From Mayamaea pseudoterrestris (taxonomy: Eukaryota), in contig BROI01000021.1 of NCBI GenBank assembly GCA_027923505.1, positions 558,001-622,000 of the forward strand: a stretch of DNA of 64,000 nucleotides. Reading direction: 5' to 3'. The translations under genes and the position numbers were made by a program. Below are positions 24,532-37,933 of the stretch, piece after piece; the stretch's first letter is position 1, and every line of letters begins with the position of its first letter. Under the pieces are notes generated by a model. It saw only the letters and a program-made list of their open reading frames with translations. It made no database searches and had not been told where the DNA came from.

Positions 24532-24935
24532 TTGCGGTCGAAAGGTCGCTGTGCTGTGCGATGCAACTGCTGTCAGAACAGATGCACCAAAGCTCGCAAA
24601 CGTGTGGTTGTTTGTGGTCGATGCCTCACTTGCTTTTCTCAGCAAGCTATTGATAGCACACTGCTACTTGTAAAGTCCAGTAAGATGGTGTTCGAGAAAT
24701 TGAAGTTGGCGTGGAGGGCATCATCCTCTTGTCGACGATTGGCGTCAAGGTCATGCTGTCATTTTCAGTTTCGCTGCGACTTCAACTAACTGTCTTTCCT
24801 TGGTCAACCGGAAGCATCCAACTCAGCACATACTGTACCGTATCATCTGTAGAGTGCTACAGTCTTTTTACCAATAACCATTAGGATATAATCAGATAAC
24901 CAACAATCTTACCACGATAGTTAATTTTACACCTC

Positions 24936-26807
<1,872 letters not shown>

Positions 26808-27076
26808 GGTCGAAAGCAAGTGAAATGTTGCAGCGGTCGATGGCGAATGGCCCAGGGAGGAAGATATCTTCGCCGTCCACGTAGAATTCTACGTAATTCG
26901 CGGTACTGGAAGGGTCGACGCGTCGCGGAGGTACTTCTACATTCCAATCCACAGTGCATCGACTGGACGACGGACGAGCATCTCGGATTGGCAGCATCTA
27001 CAAGCGATTTCTTCTCCGCAGTTTGTACCACTGCCTTTGCTTGTTCTACATTGCTTCAACCATACCCACAGCCACC
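26808..27076. promoter_or_regulatory. 269-bp bidirectional promoter region shared by ATP synthase beta and delta
   Basis: Divergent ATGs at 26807 (-) and 27077 (+). Contains the perfect palindromes ACGTAGAATTCTACGT (26879-26894) and CGACGCGTCG (26916-26925). Confidence 0.7.
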
Positions 27077-27733
27077 ATGCTATCTCGAACGACGTCGTCG
27101 ACGACATTCCGACTTGTTTTCAACAAGTCAGTCCGCCTGTTGAGCACGGAAGCATCTGCGCCGGCTTCCATGGTGAATCTAAACTTTAGCTTGCCCCACG
27201 AAACCATTTACAAGAATACACCCGTCCATAGTGTCATTCTTCCGGGATCCGAAGGAGAGTATGGAATCACTGCTAATCATGTTCCCTATGTGGCTCAGCT
27301 TAAACCTGGCGTAGTGCAAATTATTCATGCGGCTGAAGGTGGAGGTGAGGCGGAAAAATATTTTGTCTGCGGAGGCTATGCCCTTACACATCCCAACAGT
27401 ACGACGGTGAGTCATAATGGGCGCCTTTTCTACTAGTTAAGATAATCATGGCGGCCTTTGCGAAAGAGTGACGGAATTGAGCTAATATTTAACGTTTATC
27501 TTACGCTGCAACATGCGCGCTCGTTCTCGTTCCAATCACCCATGCAGGACGTTGTTTGCCCGGAAGGCGTTAAACTAGACGAGATTGACTCGGCTGCCGT
27601 TTCGGCTCACTATGAAAAGGCCAAGTCGGCCTTTGGAGCTGCGGCCGCTGGATCTGTGGAGCAAGCCGAGGCACAGATTGACATGGAAGTCAACCGAGCT
27701 ATGGGCCTTGCCATCGGACTCAATTTGAGTTAA
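27077..27733 (+). CDS. ATP16: Mitochondrial ATP synthase F1 subunit delta (homologue of bacterial epsilon). Intron 27407-27547
   Basis: Presequence MLSRTTSSTTFRL..., then LNFSLPHETIY, VILPGSEGEYGITANHVPYVAQLKPGVVQI, KYFVCGGYA and a C-terminal helical hairpin (AEAQIDMEV). Confidence 0.93.
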
Positions 27734-28012
27734 TTAAGATAAAATACTTTAACTTAAAGTACGACGGTTACTTGTATCATATGATCTTTACCGATTCTCT
27801 CGGGAAACATGGGGCGGCATGGCAAGCTAATGGGTTCCTACTACAGGTACTGAACGTCGTCGTTTGTGTCGTGGTTGAACCGCTACGACACTCATTGCGA
27901 GCGCACGAGCGCACCCTTCACCACACACGCGCGTCGCTGCATGCTCATTGTCAAACTCAACTTCTCTACTCCACACTTATATCATCAAGGAGATAGTACA
28001 AAGGTGAAAACG

Positions 28013-31000
28013 ATGTCGCTATCGCTATCCGACGGACTCCGATTTGCCTTGCTCCGGCAACACGATGCACCCGCTTCCGATTCCGCTTCAGCACCGCAAC
28101 TTGATCCAGTCCAGCCGTCTAATTTAAACTGGATGGCGATTCCTCGGGATGACCCTGGATTAGCGTATTTGTATCATGCGAACGAGTTGCAATGCATCGT
28201 AGATGGCGGTAAGGTTTTATTTCGCACGCCGCGCCCCAGTCAAAAGGCCATGGTTTTGGATATGGCAGCCTCGGGAGATGGACGCATGGTTGCCGTCGCT
28301 TGGTGGCATACGACGAGCAATCAAGAGGAGGCAATCGCGAGCGACTCCAATATATTGCTGTATTGCTACAACGTGACGAGCAACGGTGGATTTGAGGAGC
28401 GCTACACATACACGATACCCGCGACGCAAGCTACTCTTGCAGACGTCCGGGCCATGAGTTTTGGATCAAATCACACGCTCGCCTTGGTCGACAGCGATTC
28501 AAATTTGCACTTCATTCAAAACAATGGCGTTGGAAAGATCCTGCGTTCTAATGCTACTAGTGCATCATTTGCTCCAAACGGAAATTTTCTGGCAGTTGGA
28601 CTCATTGACGGGACAATTAACATCTACAATGCAGCCTTGACAATGAAGTCAGCCTCAACCATCAAGGCTGCTATCAATTCGACCTGGGACTTTCCAATGG
28701 CTGGACCTCAATGTCCATGCACTCATTTGGATTGGGTTTCTTTAGATGTCCTAGTGGCTGGATATTGCCGCGTGACGCCTGGAGATGATCCGCCCGAAGA
28801 TGCCGACATGGACGATGAGGCTGATCATGAAGCGTTTCTTTTTGTGAACGAAATGGAGCAAGATTTTTCACTGAAGGAGTGCTACGATTTGGGCGATGTT
28901 GTACCTTTCTTTAACGTTCCCAAAGGCCGTCGACACAATTTCTACACGTGCTGTTTAATTGAAAAGAAGCTCATGCTTGTCGCGACAAACCTAGGGAGCG
29001 AAATTAAAGTTGTCGCTTACGAAGATAAGGAATGGAAGATTATTGATGTTCCAGAAGGAGACGATGTACACTGTCCCACGTCCGACGACGACGAGTTTAC
29101 TTTTCCGACGGGATTAGGCATTATGATCACCGCAGGAAAACCAGTAACTGTTCTTGCGAGCACGAGTGGGTCTTTGTCATACTTTAGCGTTTTGCACGAG
29201 CAGCATTCAACGTATTTTGATCTACCATTGATGGAACCAATGCTGCCTCAAGCGGTTGTACCGTTGGACGACACACAGTCGATTGCTGTCGCGGCAGCTT
29301 GCACCCTTGTTCCGGCAAAAAACGCTGAAATTGATGTTTCATCTGCCGACCCGGCGATCACCACTCTTGAAATTACATCGTCGTCCGCTGAAACACCGGT
29401 GCTTAACCTTCAGGGAGTTGAACCTACGTTTGTGTCGATGTCATCTGGATCGGGAACGGATCTGCCCACTTTTGGGACCGGCACAGCTGCACCGACGTTC
29501 TGCTTTAGCTCTCCCGCCGGCAGTAGGTTACAAGTTGGAGCAGCTTCAGGGGCAGCTTCGGCTACAAGTATGCCTTTTAACATATTTGAAAAGCGTTATT
29601 CTGTTCCGGTTTCATCAATGGTCAAGCCATTGTTTGGAAGTAATGCAAACCAAGTCAAGCTTGCTGCGACACCCGCTGCCACGCATGAGCTATCAAGTCC
29701 TGCTGCGGAAAAGGCTGCAAGCGTTTTTGATTTATTCGATACGGAAAAAGTTGGTAGTCTTCCCCTTTCGATGTTGGAAATTATGGTCGACGAGCTCGGC
29801 GAAGGCTTTTGCGGCGATGAGTTTGACGTGCAGGTGAACCTTATTGATCAGAATGGTACTGGTACTCTGGATCGTTCTTCATTTATTAGTTGGTACCAAC
29901 AATTTGCAGAAGGCAACGAGAAAAATGCGTTCAATGACGATAATTCCATGGAGTCATTCGAGCGAGCGGAGCGGGCTGAGGAGGCCGAGAACGCTCGGAA
30001 AGCCTTTTTGGCCATCGCAAAAAAAGAAAGCGGCTCGCCAGTGATTCAATCGTCGCAATTTGAAGAACTTATGGAATCGTTGGGAACGACTTATCACGAC
30101 GAAGACCACGGACAAGCTTTGAAAAGGTTAGAAAGGCAGGATGGTTGTGTGCATCTGGATGACTTCGCGACGTGGTATGTCAAGTTTTTGTTCGATGAAG
30201 ATGGCGACTCCGACGATGGCAAAGGCAATAGAAGCGAGGTCGATGTTCTAGAGTCATCGCCCAGTCAAGTTGTCGGCGGTTGGGGAACTCTATTTAAATC
30301 AGATCCTAGCAATTGGAAGTGCGTATCGTGCATGGTTTCCAATAATCCAACAGTCAATCAATGCGCGGCGTGCCAGGTGTCACGTCCTGGGAGCCAGGAA
30401 CAAGATGTTGTTGGTGCAACTGCTGATGCCTCTGCATTTACTATTGAATCAAGTATTGGTCCCCAAGGGTTCTCTTGTGGCGGTTCGTTGGAAACATTCT
30501 CTTCTGCATTCACATTACCCTCAACGCAATTCGCAGCTCCAGCAACTGGCGGTTTTCGTTTTGGATCATCTGAACGCGAGGCAGTGACACTGGCCGCTTC
30601 ACCTGGCGCAACCAAGGGGAGCGAAGCGAGTGCAATTTTGGACAAGGCTCGGGCTGCTGTAGAATCGCGCTATCCGCCGGCCAGTTCTAGTGCACCAAAG
30701 AATTTCGATTCTTGTCATTCTGCTAACCGAACGCTGTCTACTCAAGCTACTTTGTCGGAGTCAGGGGAGCGGAAGGGATCTCTGCAGACACCTGCTGGTG
30801 ATGCACAGTCAAGCGATAATGTATACTCGCCGGACATCGGAGTTTCAGACAGTCATTCCACGCCAGGGGCCATCGAGCCAGTAACGGCGCCAGTCTTCGG
30901 TTCCGGTTCAGCAGCAGCTACACAGCCATTTATCTTTCCTTCTTCAACGGAAGTTGCGATCGAAACACGCTTAGCTCCGAGTGCTCAGATCAATATTGTT

Positions 31001-34000
31001 TCCAAGCCTATGTTGAAATCGCCATCAAGCGAAGCCGTTGAATCGCACATGGCTGCTATAGTACCATCTAGCGATGCAGCAACAACGGCAGCACTTGCGT
31101 TCGACTCGCATGACAAAGAAAAGTCTGGTCTTCTGCCGCGGTCTATGTTATTAGAATTAATTGAACAACTCGGTGAAGAATTTTCTGGCGAAGAATTGAA
31201 CAAGCAGGCGAGTATGATTGATACTAAGGGCACCGGCATGCTAAACCGTAGCTCCTTCATTAGCTGGTATCATCATTTTACTGAAATGGACGAAAGCGAC
31301 AAGGGTGATGAACTTTCCTTAAATTCAGACGATCGAGCAGAGCGAGTTGAAGAAGCGGAAAAGGCGAAGCAAATTTTTTTGACCATTGCGACTAGGAAGG
31401 AAGGTGAACCATTTGTACAGGCCTCGCAATTTGAGATTCTCATTAACTCCATGGGTGCCACATATTGTGAGGAAGAGCACGGTAAAGCTCTGAATCAATT
31501 AGCAAAGAGTGGCCAGGTATTTCTTGATGATTTTCTTAAGTGGTACATCACATACCTTTTTGACGAAGAATGCGAGTCTGATACGGAAACAAGCAAGGAC
31601 AAAAGAACTGTTGCTCCCTCGTCCAGTCAAAGTGCTAGCTGGGGAATCACTTTTAGAACGGACCCAACTAGCTGGAAGTGCAATTCGTGTTTAGTCCTTA
31701 ATCAAGGTGCTGTGTTTACCTGCGCGGCATGTGAGACGCCACGTTCCAGAAGCAAAGACGCAGGTGCTGCTGGCAATTCTGTAATTGGTGGCGTAACAGT
31801 TGCTCCAGCACTAGCGGCGGAAGGGTCAACCGGCTCATTTGCTGGAGGTTCTACGTTTGATGGGCCTGCACCAGGAAGTGATAAAGTCGGGGTTTCAAGT
31901 GACAAAGAGGAGACCGCTGCAACCTCGTGCCTACCTGCCGATTACATGGCGACAACGCTTTGCAGTGTCACAAATCCTGAGGTGGTAGCAATTAGAGAAT
32001 CGACTTCTTCCAAGTTTAAAGCCAATTTCACATCAGCACCACTTAGTTCATCGGTAGCTAGTGTTGCGAATGTTGCGAAAACCAGTGGTGGCAAGCAATC
32101 CGTGAAGGCCGCGAAGAGTTCCGATAACTTGGCATACCCACCGATAGAGTTTCAAGCACCCACGCCTTTCGACTCCATCCAGCGATCTACCGGTAGTTTG
32201 AAACCTGAAACCGTACCTGCAATGCCTATGAGTTCCAACGTTGATCAAGTTCAGCAAAGCAGCGACAGAAAGCCATCTGCTAAATCGGCGTACCCACCAA
32301 TTGATTTTCAAGCACCAAAGCCTTTCGGTTCTGACTCAAAAGTAGCACCTAGCAACCCCGGTATATCACAGAATAAGCAAAGCGGCGACAGAAAGCCATC
32401 TGCTGGATCGGCGTACCCATCAATTGATTTTCAAGCACCGAAGCCTCTCGGTTCTGACTCAAAAGTAGCACCTAGCGACCCCGGTATATCACAGAATAAG
32501 CAAAGCGGCGACAGAAAGCCATCTGCTGGATCGGCGTACCCACCGACTGATTTTCACGCGCCAAAGCCTTTCGGTTCTGACTCAAAAGTAGCACCTAGCG
32601 ATCCCTGTATATCACAGAATAAGCAAAGCGACGACAGAAAGCCATCTGCTGGATCGGCGTACCCACCAACTGATTTTCAAGCACCAAAGCCTTTCGGTTC
32701 TGACACGAAAGTAGCACCTAGCGATCCCGGTATATCACAGAATAAGCAAAGCGGCGACAAAAAGCAATCTGCTGGATCGGCGTACCCACCGACTGATTTT
32801 CAAGCACCAAAGCCTTTCGGTTCCGACACAAAAAGCAAAGCAGCGACAGAAAGCCATCTGCTAAATCGGCGTACCCACCAATTGATTTTCAAGCACCAAA
32901 GCCTTTCGGTTCTGACTCAAAAGTAGCACCTAGCAACCCCGGTATATCACAGAATAAGCAAAGCGGCGACAGAAAGCCATCTGCTGGATCGGCGTACCCA
33001 TCAATTGATTTTCAAGCACCGAAGCCTCTCGGTTCTGACTCAAAAGTAGCACCTAGCGACCCCGGTATATCACAGAATAAGCAAAGCGGCGACAGAAAGC
33101 CATCTGCTGGATCGGCGTACCCACCGACTGATTTTCACGCGCCAAAGCCTTTCGGTTCTGACTCAAAAGTAGCACCTAGCGATCCCTGTATATCACAGAA
33201 TAAGCAAAGCGACGACAGAAAGCCATCTGCTGGATCGGCGTACCCACCAACTGATTTTCAAGCACCAAAGCCTTTCGGTTCTGACACGAAAGTAGCACCT
33301 AGCGATCCCGGTATATCACAGAATAAGCAAAGCGGCGACAAAAAGCAATCTGCTGGATCGGCGTACCCACCGACTGATTTTCAAGCACCAAAGCCTTTCG
33401 GTTCCAACACAAAATTAACAGAATTTGTTTGTTCTAGCGTGTCGCAACACAAGCAAAGCAGTGAAAAGCGAACGGGGCCCACTGGATCGGTATACCCGCC
33501 ATTTGATTTTGAGAAGAAGCAAGACATTGAATCAGCAAAGATGCATTTAGCTACGCCGGCGTATCCGTCGATTGAACTATCGCCGCTGTCGTTCGATGTA
33601 TCCAACACTGCCAGTGGTACCTCATTGAACACATCAATTCCTGTCACGAAATTTGATTCCACACAAGTAACTGCCCACAACGTTGAATGTAAAGCACCAA
33701 CGCCTTCCATTGGGTCACAGAACACGGGGGCTGCAGACTCAATTACACGCTCGCAGCAGACGCTCGCTGGCCTCGCTGCAATGTCGCCTGCCGCAGCAAC
33801 GAATACAGCTTTCAAAAAAGACGATTTGTCGCAGTTAACCACGGTAACGCAAACAGAAGTAGGCGCGACGCGATCATTCGCACAAAGTTCGAATCTGGTC
33901 CCATCAGGCAACTTTGCTGGCGGTCGCAGACAGCAACAGAATCGAACGGTCATGCAGACGCATCATATTGCCAACGAGAATGTCTGCACGCTTCAGTTTG

Positions 34001-36608
34001 CATCTTTATGCGGGGCGATGCGGGAAATTCTTGCATCTTTAAGCAACTGTTCGCGGGACAACGGCGGATCCGAACTGCATTCATTGGATGTTGTAATTGC
34101 TGAACTAAACCGACTTATCTCTGCATGCCACGAGCTGACACACTCTATTCAATCGTCAAAGCGACAAATATCTCTCGTACTTGGCAAACGAAGCGAATGT
34201 CATCGTCGAGTTTCAGAGAGTCAGTTTCTGATGGAAAATGTCAGAAGTGATTATCGAAACGAGGAAGATTTCTTTCGGTGGCAGCCACTTGATTTGACAT
34301 CCGAGAAACGACGTCGTTCACTCATAAGTTCCGTTATACTTGTCGACAAATATGCCAAACTTCTTCAAGAACGATTGAGTCTGCTAATGAATTTGGAGGG
34401 ATCATCTGGGAGTTTGGGTATGTTGAGCGGCGTTAAAAATCATTTCGAAGGCTTTGAACGATCTAAGGAGGGAATTATGCTCGTGATTGGGACAGTTGAA
34501 GCGCTGACTTCCGAGTTTTATATCGAGCGACAACCCTCCGAAATGTCGTTTGGCTTGCTCTCACCAGCGAAACCAGCGGTGAAGAGCGCGGTCCTTAAGG
34601 CCAAGCATAAATGGGCCGAGGTTGAAAATCTTATGCAAGAACTGTCAGTGCCTGATGTCAAATTGCTTTCCTGCAGTAATGCGTGTATGGCGACGTTTCA
34701 GTCAACAGAGGCATCGCACAGGTCCGCGTCACGACAAAAGATTGTCCGGAAGCATGCGACGCCGTCTTTATCTCTGCAACAAGCTTTAATCCCGCGGCCT
34801 GAATGGGACGAACCAATTACGATGGACAAAGTGCAAGCGTCTCGGGTCACTTTTACGCCTCCAAGCATACTTAGTCAAACTGCTTTTAGTGATGCTGGGA
34901 ATGCAGCTTTAAAAACGTTTGGTGCGACGCGCTCAATTGCAAGGGAAACTGATTACGTTTGCCGCCATGACCCGCAAGCTTCTGTCGCTAATAAGTCTCC
35001 ACCTAGATCTTTTACAGCAAGAGAATCTATGTCAGCTCGATATCTGACAATGGAACCACGATCGACTGGTGCTTCTAGAAAGTCGTCTCGAGACGAGGAC
35101 GAGTCAGCAAAAAACCAAACTTCGGCCGATAATCACGAACCGCCGACGGTGAAGCAATTTGCCGATTTGTCTGGTATCGCTGGCTCCCTTTTTTCGCTCA
35201 GCAATGATGATTTGGCCATAGAATTTGATCAAGTTGCGCTCAAAGCGGTAGGTTCAGAGAGTCCGGCAGGTAATTCGTTTAGTGAACTCCGTCCATCTTC
35301 GATTGCCCTTGGTGAAGTAAGTGACGATAGTACACCTACAGTGGGCTCTTCGTCTTCGATGGTTGAGGATGAGCAGAAGAGACTTGACCAAACTGAATTT
35401 TACCGTCTGCTGGTAAATTTTTACCACACACACAATCCTTTGAAACTTGACGAGGTTAAGGCAACCCTTGAAAAGTATGTGGGCAAAGAAATGGAGCTTT
35501 TCGAAAAGCTGTCCAAAAAGTAAGTTCCTATTTCATGTTCTGCTCTCGTGTGTTCACCATCAGCTCAGCGTCTTTAACCAGGTATGGTGTGGAGAATCCT
35601 CTTCGTTTAAGCACGAGCAAATCTGATAATACAGGTACGGCGACGTCTCAAGCTGTTACATCCGCAGCTGCCGCTGAAAAAGTATCCCCACAGCGGCCTT
35701 TACTGTTCAATAAGCCAGCGACTGTCGCTTCTTCAACCAATTTGGCTCATGCGCCCACTCCCCCGTTTGGTTCTGCCCAATCTGCGCTACAGTCACCATT
35801 CATGCAACCTCCACCTGCTCTAGCGGAACTCCCAAAGTATAACACTACTTCCCCCTTCAACCAGACGAGTCAGAATAGCGTTGTTTCATCGACAAGTCGT
35901 TTCGCTAGTCCGTCGAATGGCGCACCTGTTCCCTTTGGGACACCAGAATTGAAGAACAACCAAGGCATTATGGGAAGCATACCGGTAGCACCTTCACAAG
36001 CGAATAAGGATCCTCGTCAGATGCTAATCGAATTTTATCAGCAACAAAATCCAAGTAAGCTAGCAGATGTCGACAAACTATTAACCAAATATCAAGGACA
36101 ACACGAATCCATGTTTCGAAATTTGGCGAAGAAGTACGAAATGGACCCTGCTGTGTTTGGCTTGTCAGGCGACGCTCTAACACCGAGCGGCTCTGTTAGT
36201 TTTGGACAAAACTCTCCACTTGGCACGACATCTAACTTTGGATGCATGAATGCCTCATCATTCAAAAGCCAACAAGGCGGGTTTGTACAAGCATCGCCCG
36301 GTGGCGCAAGCTTCGGCCAAGCCTCCGTCTTTGGCCAGACCTCGACGCCATCTTCTATGTCAGGTGTGGCTGGGTTCGGATCACCGACACCTCTCGGTGG
36401 AGGTGGACTTTTTGGCCAGTTATCACCCGTCACTGGGTTTGGCACGACTGTCTCTGGCGGATTTGGTGCGTCTGCACCTGCGGCAAGCTTTGGCGCGTTG
36501 GCAAGCAGCACACCAGGGGCGAACTTTGCTTCGCCGGGAGCAGGTTTTGGTTCCCCATTCGGGAGCGTTGGCACAAATGCGACGCCCTTTGGCGCAGCGC
36601 GTCGCTAA
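28013..36608 (+). CDS. Very large Nup214/Nup159-like FG nucleoporin: N-terminal beta-propeller, two EF-hand + RanBP2-ZnF modules, 41-aa repeats, coiled coil and FG tail. Frameshifted in this assembly by a 581-bp duplication; intron 35520-35581
   Basis: WD-like N-terminus (ASFAPNGNFLAVGLIDGTINIY), zinc fingers WKCVSC..N......CAAC and WKCNSC..N......CAAC, a helical region, and a C-terminus rich in SFGQ/GFGS/LFGQ/PFG. Removing one duplicate copy puts the 27866 and 33439 ORFs in the same frame. Confidence 0.72.
32253..33414 (+). repeat. Coding minisatellite of 123-bp (41-aa) units, arranged as two near-identical 581-bp blocks (32253-32833 and 32834-33414)
   Basis: The unit SAYPPTDFQAPKPFGSDSKVAPSDPGISQNKQSGDRKPSAG recurs every 123 nt. 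The only difference I found between the blocks is 32825 G versus 33406 A. Confidence 0.95.
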
Positions 36609-36676
36609 ACTAATTAGGTAGTTTTACGTTATGTCGTTTAACAGAATCATATCAGAGTTACAGGTACACGTGTTAA

Positions 36677-37630
36677 TTAGACTAGCGCACTGCCCTCCAA
36701 ATGCTGTCGATGAAGGCGCCCATACATAATGAAATCGGAGCGCAGATAGAAGCAAGCATCAATGCACCAAAGAGCTGACGAGAAAACATCCCATCTTGGG
36801 TCGTGTTCATCAAGCTGAAGTATTGATATAAAACCATCGACAAGACTTCCAACCAGAAAGAGCAAATCTCCAAAGTCTTCCAACCGTTCCGGATCGTCCA
36901 TGATATAAAAGCTACTCGTCTGTAGCCAAGGTCTAGTCCTCTTACCACTGCAAGAAAGTACTGCACTGAGTATATACACATTTACGGATATGGAATCAGA
37001 GGCGCTCGCCAAACGTTCATTGCGGTACTCCATTAGCACGGCAAGGAGGCCAAAGACAGCAGCGATACCAAAAGTTATGGCCGAAACAATGGTTCTTCGA
37101 TGAGCACTATGCTTTCGCAACCGCTGATACCAGACTGTGCAGCCAGAATCTCCTCCCTCTTGCCCATCTGTAGTGCATTCATCGTCGCCATCAAGAAGCA
37201 GCCTCCAGTCGTTCCACGTTTCCGTGACGGCCCTTCGCGTTCCAAGACGCTTCTTGACACGGTAGGCCCACTCAACGTCGACTATACTGTTTAACAAATA
37301 GACAAGCGGAGCCATGATATTGAGAAGGATGTAGAGAAGAGTTTGTGGCGGCTGTTGCGAAGCATCCCAGATCGCTATTATAATGTACAATCCTCCGCCA
37401 AGGATAAAGAATGAATCGCTTAAAAAGGACCAGAACAAGTCTTGCTCGGACTGCTGAATATACTGGAACACATGGGACATGGCAACATCATCCAGATCGG
37501 GCAAAGCCTTGGGGATAATTGTTGGACACGCAAGCGAGCAGCGTGATGTGCAACCGGTGCCCTGACTGCTGTCATGGCTGCTATCTTCGCTGCTTGAATC
37601 TTGGCGTCCCTCTGAAACATGCGGATCCAT
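36677..37630 (-). CDS. Hypothetical multi-pass membrane protein (YrhK-like helices)
   Basis: 317-aa ORF with about 6 hydrophobic segments, e.g. SDSFFILGGGLY, GDLLFLVGSLVD and SALWCIDACFYL. Confidence 0.7.
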   Translation of the reverse strand: MDPHVSEGRQDSSSEDSSHDSSQGTGCTSRCSLACPTIIPKALPDLDDVAMSHVFQYIQQSEQDLFWSFLSDSFFILGGGLYIIIAIWDASQQPPQTLLYILLNIMAPLVYLLNSIVDVEWAYRVKKRLGTRRAVTETWNDWRLLLDGDDECTTDGQEGGDSGCTVWYQRLRKHSAHRRTIVSAITFGIAAVFGLLAVLMEYRNERLASASDSISVNVYILSAVLSCSGKRTRPWLQTSSFYIMDDPERLEDFGDLLFLVGSLVDGFISILQLDEHDPRWDVFSSALWCIDACFYLRSDFIMYGRLHRQHLEGSALV

Positions 37631-37933
37631 TATTGCTGAAATGCAAAGAAGTTATAACGCCACTGCTTTGGAAGAACGATGTGTGAATGCGAGGGTAAGA
37701 ATTGCCATTGTTCCAAAGTCCGTGTTGCCCAAAGCTTTCAACTTTCAACCGTCGCTCGTGCGAATTCTGTGCAATCTTTCCGATTGAAAACCGCAGCGAC
37801 TCGTATTGGCGCGCTGTCGCGGCGCCGCACAATGAAGACGCAGCGACTGATGGCGCGAGCTGGCCGCAAAACGACGTGTATTGAATGTAAAAGCGCGACT
37901 TTACCTGAAGCATTTAACAAAGTGTCTTAACAT

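Noticed and set aside
27866..36608. Three separate genes (1686, 694 and 357 aa ORFs)
   Set aside because: The breaks are explained by a 581-bp duplication and a canonical 62-nt intron; the domain order fits one nucleoporin.
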